From: Hydrogenimonas sp.
GTDB taxonomy: Bacteria; Campylobacterota; Campylobacteria; Campylobacterales; Hydrogenimonadaceae
DNA: 63,818 bases
Direction: 5' to 3'
NCBI GenBank assembly: GCA_015484905.1
Contig: WFUN01000072.1
Span: 1-63,818 of the forward strand
Shown: piece after piece, positions 58,541 to 63,818 of the stretch
Numbering within the stretch: the first letter of the stretch is position 1
How the letters are laid out: every line of letters starts with the position of its first letter
Made by a program: the position numbers and the translations under genes
Notes under the pieces: model-generated
The model's database searches: none
What the model saw: only the letters and a program-made list of their open reading frames with translations
Told to the model about the DNA's origin: nothing

Positions 58541-59632
58541 CTACTCTCCGTAGACCAGTTTATGCATCAGCTCTTTGACAGAGATCAGTTTGTCTATTCT
58601 ATAACCGTTGGAACCTGTAAAAAAGAGCCCAAGCTCTTTGTTTCCCATATATGCATCGCTCAGTCTGTCAGCGATACAATATCCCACCTCTTTGGCTTCT
58701 ACACCCCGCTTGCACGGCGCTACGCAGTTACTGATACATTTTATGGGAGGACTTTGTCTCTTTTGAACAAGATCGATGAGATTTGTCCTGATTCCACGTG
58801 CGGGATAGCCGACCGGTGATTTCAGAAGAACTATATCCTCCTCTTTCGCATTTATAAGAACCTCTTTGAAGTTGCTGTGCGCATCGCACTCATAGGTTCC
58901 TATAAAACGGGTTCCCATCTGTACGCCGCTTGCACCGAGTTGTATACACCGCTCTATATCTTTTTTATCCCATATGCCGCCTGCGGCAAAAACGGGAATA
59001 CCTCCCCATGTGGCCGCTTCTTCCACAACCGGCCCTATAAGGTTTTCAAGGCGGTACTCCTCCATGAAACACTGCTCATAGGTAAATCCCTGATGCCCTC
59101 CGCTCAACGGACCTTCCAGAATAACGGCGTCAGGTATTCTGTTGTAACGCTTCTCCCAGCGTCTGCAAATGAGGCGCAGAGCTTTCGGCGAAGAGATAAT
59201 GGGTACAAGAGCAACATCCGGATAATCGGCAGAAAACTCCGGCATATTGGTCGGCAGCCCCGCTCCGGTGATTATTATATCGGCACCCGCTTCGCATGAA
59301 TCTTCGACAACACGCCCATAATCGTTAATCGCATATAACACATTACATGCAAGTGGTGCATCCGCACAGATTTTGCGCGCATTTTCAAATATCTTTATAA
59401 GAGCTTTTTTTGAGTAGAAATTTTCCACTTCAAAAGGTCTTTGCTCTACAAGCCTATCGACATATGCCTTGTTTTCATAATATCCGGTGCCAACACTGCT
59501 GACTACCCCGAGCCCGCCTTCAAGACTGACGTGCCCTGCCAGCTTGTCCCAACTTATACCTACACCCATTCCTCCCTGAATGATCGGATATCTCAGCGTA
59601 TGTTTTCCTATTTTTACAGGTTTCAACTCCAC
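58541..59632 (-). CDS. fabX: Nitronate-monooxygenase-family flavoprotein, FabX-like
   Basis: IQGGMGVGISW, TGAGLPTNMP, EGPLSGGHQG, SPVGYPARG, CISNCVAPC...YCIAD cluster motif; resembles H. pylori FabX from memory. Confidence 0.75.
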   Translation of the reverse strand: MELKPVKIGKHTLRYPIIQGGMGVGISWDKLAGHVSLEGGLGVVSSVGTGYYENKAYVDRLVEQRPFEVENFYSKKALIKIFENARKICADAPLACNVLYAINDYGRVVEDSCEAGADIIITGAGLPTNMPEFSADYPDVALVPIISSPKALRLICRRWEKRYNRIPDAVILEGPLSGGHQGFTYEQCFMEEYRLENLIGPVVEEAATWGGIPVFAAGGIWDKKDIERCIQLGASGVQMGTRFIGTYECDAHSNFKEVLINAKEEDIVLLKSPVGYPARGIRTNLIDLVQKRQSPPIKCISNCVAPCKRGVEAKEVGYCIADRLSDAYMGNKELGLFFTGSNGYRIDKLISVKELMHKLVYGE

Positions 59633-60831
59633 TACTTCACCTTCACTCTCGCAAATTTCTTCTTTCCTACCTGAAGTATATACTCTCCCGCTTCCAATTG
59701 CAAGTCCTTGTCGCTTATCTTCTGTCTGTCTATTCTGATCGCCCCGGCATGTAAGTCACGCCTCGCCTGAGATGTTGAAGGTTCGAGCTTGGCATCCACA
59801 AGCGCTTTGGCTATCCATACCGGACCTTTCATTTCAAATTCTGGTATTTCAGTAGGCAGATCTCTGTTTTTGAAAACCTTGTTGAACTCTTTGCAAGAAG
59901 CCAGAGCGGAAGCTCTGTCATGAAATCGCTCAACAATCTCCTCCGCCAACATCTCTTTTACCCTTTTGGGATGCAGCCTGTTGGCCCGAACCTCTCTTTT
60001 CATTTCCGATATCTCTTTCAAAGAGCGGGAGCTGAGAAGCTCATAATAGCGCCACATCAATTCATCGCTGATACTCATTATTTTTGCGAACATCACATTG
60101 GGTTCTTCAGTGACACCGATAAAGTTGCCAAGCGATTTACTCATTTTCTGAACACCGTCGAGCCCTTCGAGAATGGGCATCATCAAAACAGCCTGCTCTT
60201 TTCCCATACCGTATGCGCGCTGCAGATGACGACCCATCAAGAGATTGAACTTCTGATCCGTCCCGCCTATCTCTATATCGCTTTTCAATACCACACTGTC
60301 ATATCCTTGAAAAAGAGGATAGAAAAATTCATATAAAGAGATGTCCTGCCCACTCTTGAAGCGTTTTTCGAAATCGTCACGTTCAAGCATTCTGGCTACC
60401 GTTCTTTTGGAAGCGAGCTCTATCATTTCGTAACTGTTCAGTTTTCCGAGCCAGTCGCTATTGAACACCACAACAGTTTTTTCAGGATCGAGAATTTTAA
60501 AAACCTGCTCTTCATAACTTTTGGCGTTCTCTTTCACCTCCTCTTTCGTAAGCTTTTTTCTTGTCTGACTTTTGCCTGTCGGATCTCCTATCATTCCAGT
60601 GAAATCACCTATTAGAAACTGCACTATAGCCCCATATTTTTGAAATGCCGCAAGTTTTTGAAGCAATACGGTATGCCCCAGGTGCAGATCCGGTGCAGTA
60701 GGATCGAATCCGGCCTTTACATAGTAGGGTTCTCCGTTTTCATAATAGCGTCTTAGCAACGTCTCTATCTGTTCTTCGGTTATGATCTCTGCGGCGCCGC
60801 GTCTTATTTCATTCAATGCCTCTTTAATCAT
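59632..60831 (-). CDS. tyrS: Tyrosine-tRNA ligase
   Basis: [31 protein letters not shown]. Confidence 0.97.
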   Translation of the reverse strand: MIKEALNEIRRGAAEIITEEQIETLLRRYYENGEPYYVKAGFDPTAPDLHLGHTVLLQKLAAFQKYGAIVQFLIGDFTGMIGDPTGKSQTRKKLTKEEVKENAKSYEEQVFKILDPEKTVVVFNSDWLGKLNSYEMIELASKRTVARMLERDDFEKRFKSGQDISLYEFFYPLFQGYDSVVLKSDIEIGGTDQKFNLLMGRHLQRAYGMGKEQAVLMMPILEGLDGVQKMSKSLGNFIGVTEEPNVMFAKIMSISDELMWRYYELLSSRSLKEISEMKREVRANRLHPKRVKEMLAEEIVERFHDRASALASCKEFNKVFKNRDLPTEIPEFEMKGPVWIAKALVDAKLEPSTSQARRDLHAGAIRIDRQKISDKDLQLEAGEYILQVGKKKFARVKVK

Positions 60832-60848
60832 TCTTTTCCCTTCATCTA

Positions 60849-63002
60849 TTATTTATACGCATCCGTCAGGCTTACAAGCTCTATCACTTTGAATTTTCTT
60901 TCCAGAAGCTCTTTCAGATGCGCCTGATCGTGATCTTTGCTTTCGAAAACCACTTCACACAGATTGCTCTGAGAGGTGCCGTCTCCGAGTTTTATCGAAA
61001 TGATATTACATCCGATTTTAGCCAGATATGAGAGTATCTTGGCCAAAGCCCCTTTTTCGTCTTTTAGCGTAACGAGCAGACGGTAACGCTGCATTCTGCT
61101 TTCACTCCACTCGACAAACAGCATCGGCCTACCTTTTTCTATCAACACATAGGCCTTCTCGCAAAATTTGTGGTGCACGATCACTTTGTTTCCGGACTTG
61201 AAAGCGACTATCGGATCACCTCTTTTTGGATGACAGCAGTAATCGAACTCAACATCCGCCACACTTTCGGCAGAGAGTATTATAAAATTTTCGAAATTAT
61301 ACTGTTTCAGTTTGCGGAAAGAGCGTTTGAAGATTGTTGGCAAAATCCACTTCTGTCGTCTCTGCGCAACAAAACGGTTAACCATCTCTTTGTAAAAATT
61401 CTGATCGCGTGGAATACGATGCAGCTGATCTTCGAATGTCTGGCCCGATATCCAATCCTGCACCTCTTTGGACCCGATACCAAGTGTGGTGGAAAGAATG
61501 TTCAGCGCACTCATATGGTCGATCTCTTTTCGTTTCTTGTTGCATCTTGCCCGCATATTACTTTTGGCTCTGGAGGTTTTTACGGCATCTATCCACGTAC
61601 AGTGGTAAATCGGCTCATCAGAGGTTATTATTCGCACCAGATCACCATTTTTAAGTTCGCTCAGCAAAGAGGCGGGTCGTTTGTTGATCAGTGCCGAAGT
61701 TGCCCGCTCTCCTACCTGTGTATGGACTGCATAGGCAAAATCCAAAACAGTCGCGCCGCGTGGAAGAGTTATCTGATCGCCTGCAGGTGTAAAGACGCTT
61801 ATATCTTCACTGTACAGCTCGTTTTTCACAAGCTCGTAAAACTCTTCTATGGATTCGTTCTGATATTGCAGATTTTTCAGCCATTCGGTATTGACTACAG
61901 ATTCGCCATGTTTATATTTCCAGTGCGCAGCTATACCGTACTCTGCGACATGGTGCATATCGAAAGTTCTTATCTGTGCCTCTATTATCGAAGTGTCATC
62001 AAAAACGGTGGTATGAAGAGTCTGATAACCATTCTCTTTGGGAAGTGCGACGTAATCTTTGAAACGGGCTATCAAGGGTCTGAAATGTAAATGCAAAGTT
62101 CCGAGTGAACGGTAGCAGTCGATAGGCTCATTGACAAGTATCCTGATAGCCAGCAGATCCAGAATTTCATCGATTGAAATACCCTTTCGCTGCATCTTCA
62201 GGTATATGGAATAGTGGTGTTTCACTCTTCCGAAGATTTCAAAGCTGCCAGCTTTGAATCCGTTATGCACCATAAGCATTTTCACTTTGGAGATGAAGTC
62301 ATTCAGTTTTATCTGAAAATCCTGGCTGTGAGAGGTGATATAGTCGTTAATCTTCGAATACTCTTTTGGAAATAGATAGTTGAAACTGAGATCTTCAAGT
62401 TTGTTTTTAAGAGCTGCTATTCCAAGACGGTGTGCGATAGGTGCATATACGACAAGCGTCTCTTCTGCAATACGATTCTGTTTTGCCGGCGAAAGGGCGT
62501 CAAGTGTAAGCATATTGTGCAACCTGTCACACAGCTTTATAACCAGAACTCTTACATCTTCTATGGAGCATATCAGCATCTTCCTGAAACTCAAAGCGGA
62601 TGTAACCAGCTTCTCGTTGGAGCTCGATGGAGCCAGTTCGCTGTCACGCAACTCCACAATTTTGGTAAGGCCTTCTACCAGATGTGCGATATCCTCTCCG
62701 AAACGCTCTTTTATATCCTCTATTCCAAAAGCCGTATCTTCCACAACGTCATGCAAAAGTGCCGCTATCGCCATAGTTTCGTCGGAACTGATAGAAGCCG
62801 TTATGACCGCTACCAGTATTGGATGTACGATATATGGTTCACCGCTTTTTCTCAACTGCCCTTCATGCGCTTTTTTTGCGAAAGCGAGCGCATCTGTAAT
62901 CTTCTGGGAAGGAAGTATAGTCTCAAAAAGAAGTGTCTGCGCCTGAGATACACTCTGAATGGAACGGATTTTTTGCAGCAGTGGCTCTATTGATGGCTGC
63001 AC
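60849..63002 (-). CDS. spoT: Bifunctional (p)ppGpp synthetase/hydrolase
   Basis: [51 protein letters not shown] and ACT domains. Confidence 0.96.
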   Translation of the reverse strand: MQPSIEPLLQKIRSIQSVSQAQTLLFETILPSQKITDALAFAKKAHEGQLRKSGEPYIVHPILVAVITASISSDETMAIAALLHDVVEDTAFGIEDIKERFGEDIAHLVEGLTKIVELRDSELAPSSSNEKLVTSALSFRKMLICSIEDVRVLVIKLCDRLHNMLTLDALSPAKQNRIAEETLVVYAPIAHRLGIAALKNKLEDLSFNYLFPKEYSKINDYITSHSQDFQIKLNDFISKVKMLMVHNGFKAGSFEIFGRVKHHYSIYLKMQRKGISIDEILDLLAIRILVNEPIDCYRSLGTLHLHFRPLIARFKDYVALPKENGYQTLHTTVFDDTSIIEAQIRTFDMHHVAEYGIAAHWKYKHGESVVNTEWLKNLQYQNESIEEFYELVKNELYSEDISVFTPAGDQITLPRGATVLDFAYAVHTQVGERATSALINKRPASLLSELKNGDLVRIITSDEPIYHCTWIDAVKTSRAKSNMRARCNKKRKEIDHMSALNILSTTLGIGSKEVQDWISGQTFEDQLHRIPRDQNFYKEMVNRFVAQRRQKWILPTIFKRSFRKLKQYNFENFIILSAESVADVEFDYCCHPKRGDPIVAFKSGNKVIVHHKFCEKAYVLIEKGRPMLFVEWSESRMQRYRLLVTLKDEKGALAKILSYLAKIGCNIISIKLGDGTSQSNLCEVVFESKDHDQAHLKELLERKFKVIELVSLTDAYK

Positions 63003-63011
63003 ATAAAGACC

Positions 63012-63227
63012 TTAGCTCTTTTCTCCCTCTCTTATTTCGAGACGACCTTCGGCTATTTCAACAATAGCGATATCCGAAAACTTATACTTCTTGATATCCA
63101 TTTGTACCAGCGGTTCGGCTCCTGCCGCAAGCTCGTTCGCTCTTTTGGAAACCGCCGCTGAAAGAAGATATCTGTTGAAGTTGGCCTTTTCCAATGCTTT
63201 TGCCGCTTTTTTTTCAAGTCTCATCAT
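63012..63227 (-). CDS. rpoZ: RNA polymerase omega subunit
   Basis: NRYLL..AVSKRA..L, IAIVEIAEG; located between pyrH and spoT. Confidence 0.9.
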   Translation of the reverse strand: MMRLEKKAAKALEKANFNRYLLSAAVSKRANELAAGAEPLVQMDIKKYKFSDIAIVEIAEGRLEIREGEKS

Positions 63228-63245
63228 TCTCTCCTGATAAATTTG

Positions 63246-63818
<573 letters not shown>

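Overview
Chromosomal segment of a Campylobacterota (epsilonproteobacterial) bacterium. The taxonomy is inferred from gene content and order (gltX2-yggT-slt, mobB-fbp-metG, pyrH-rpoZ-spoT-tyrS-fabX-amidase, aspS-adk-ppa); a free-living Hydrogenimonas/Sulfurovum/Nitratiruptor-like lineage is a guess. From 26.4 kb to the end it is mostly core housekeeping genes, interrupted by a frameshifted TRAP solute-binding gene, a REP-like hairpin cluster and an IR-flanked Y1/RAYT transposase. The left part carries an Entner-Doudoroff operon (zwf-pgl-edd-eda) and an accessory block at about 13.5-26.4 kb. That block holds, in order: an MNT-HEPN toxin-antitoxin pair; a leftward lsrG-like/class II aldolase/lsrK operon; a copper module (copA, copB, a ~25% methionine protein, an FAD oxidoreductase with a Cys-rich tail, DoxX); and a rightward mtnK-mtnA-class II aldolase operon. 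The two intergenic regions bracketing the copper module mirror each other. Each has a shared 15-mer on the side of the outward SAM-by-product operon and a shared 11-bp-period direct repeat plus -10 box facing the inward copper genes. This block, especially the Met-rich protein, is the best candidate for an undescribed system. All calls come from reading the sequence; no searches were run. Where a start differs from the ORF track it was chosen by eye.
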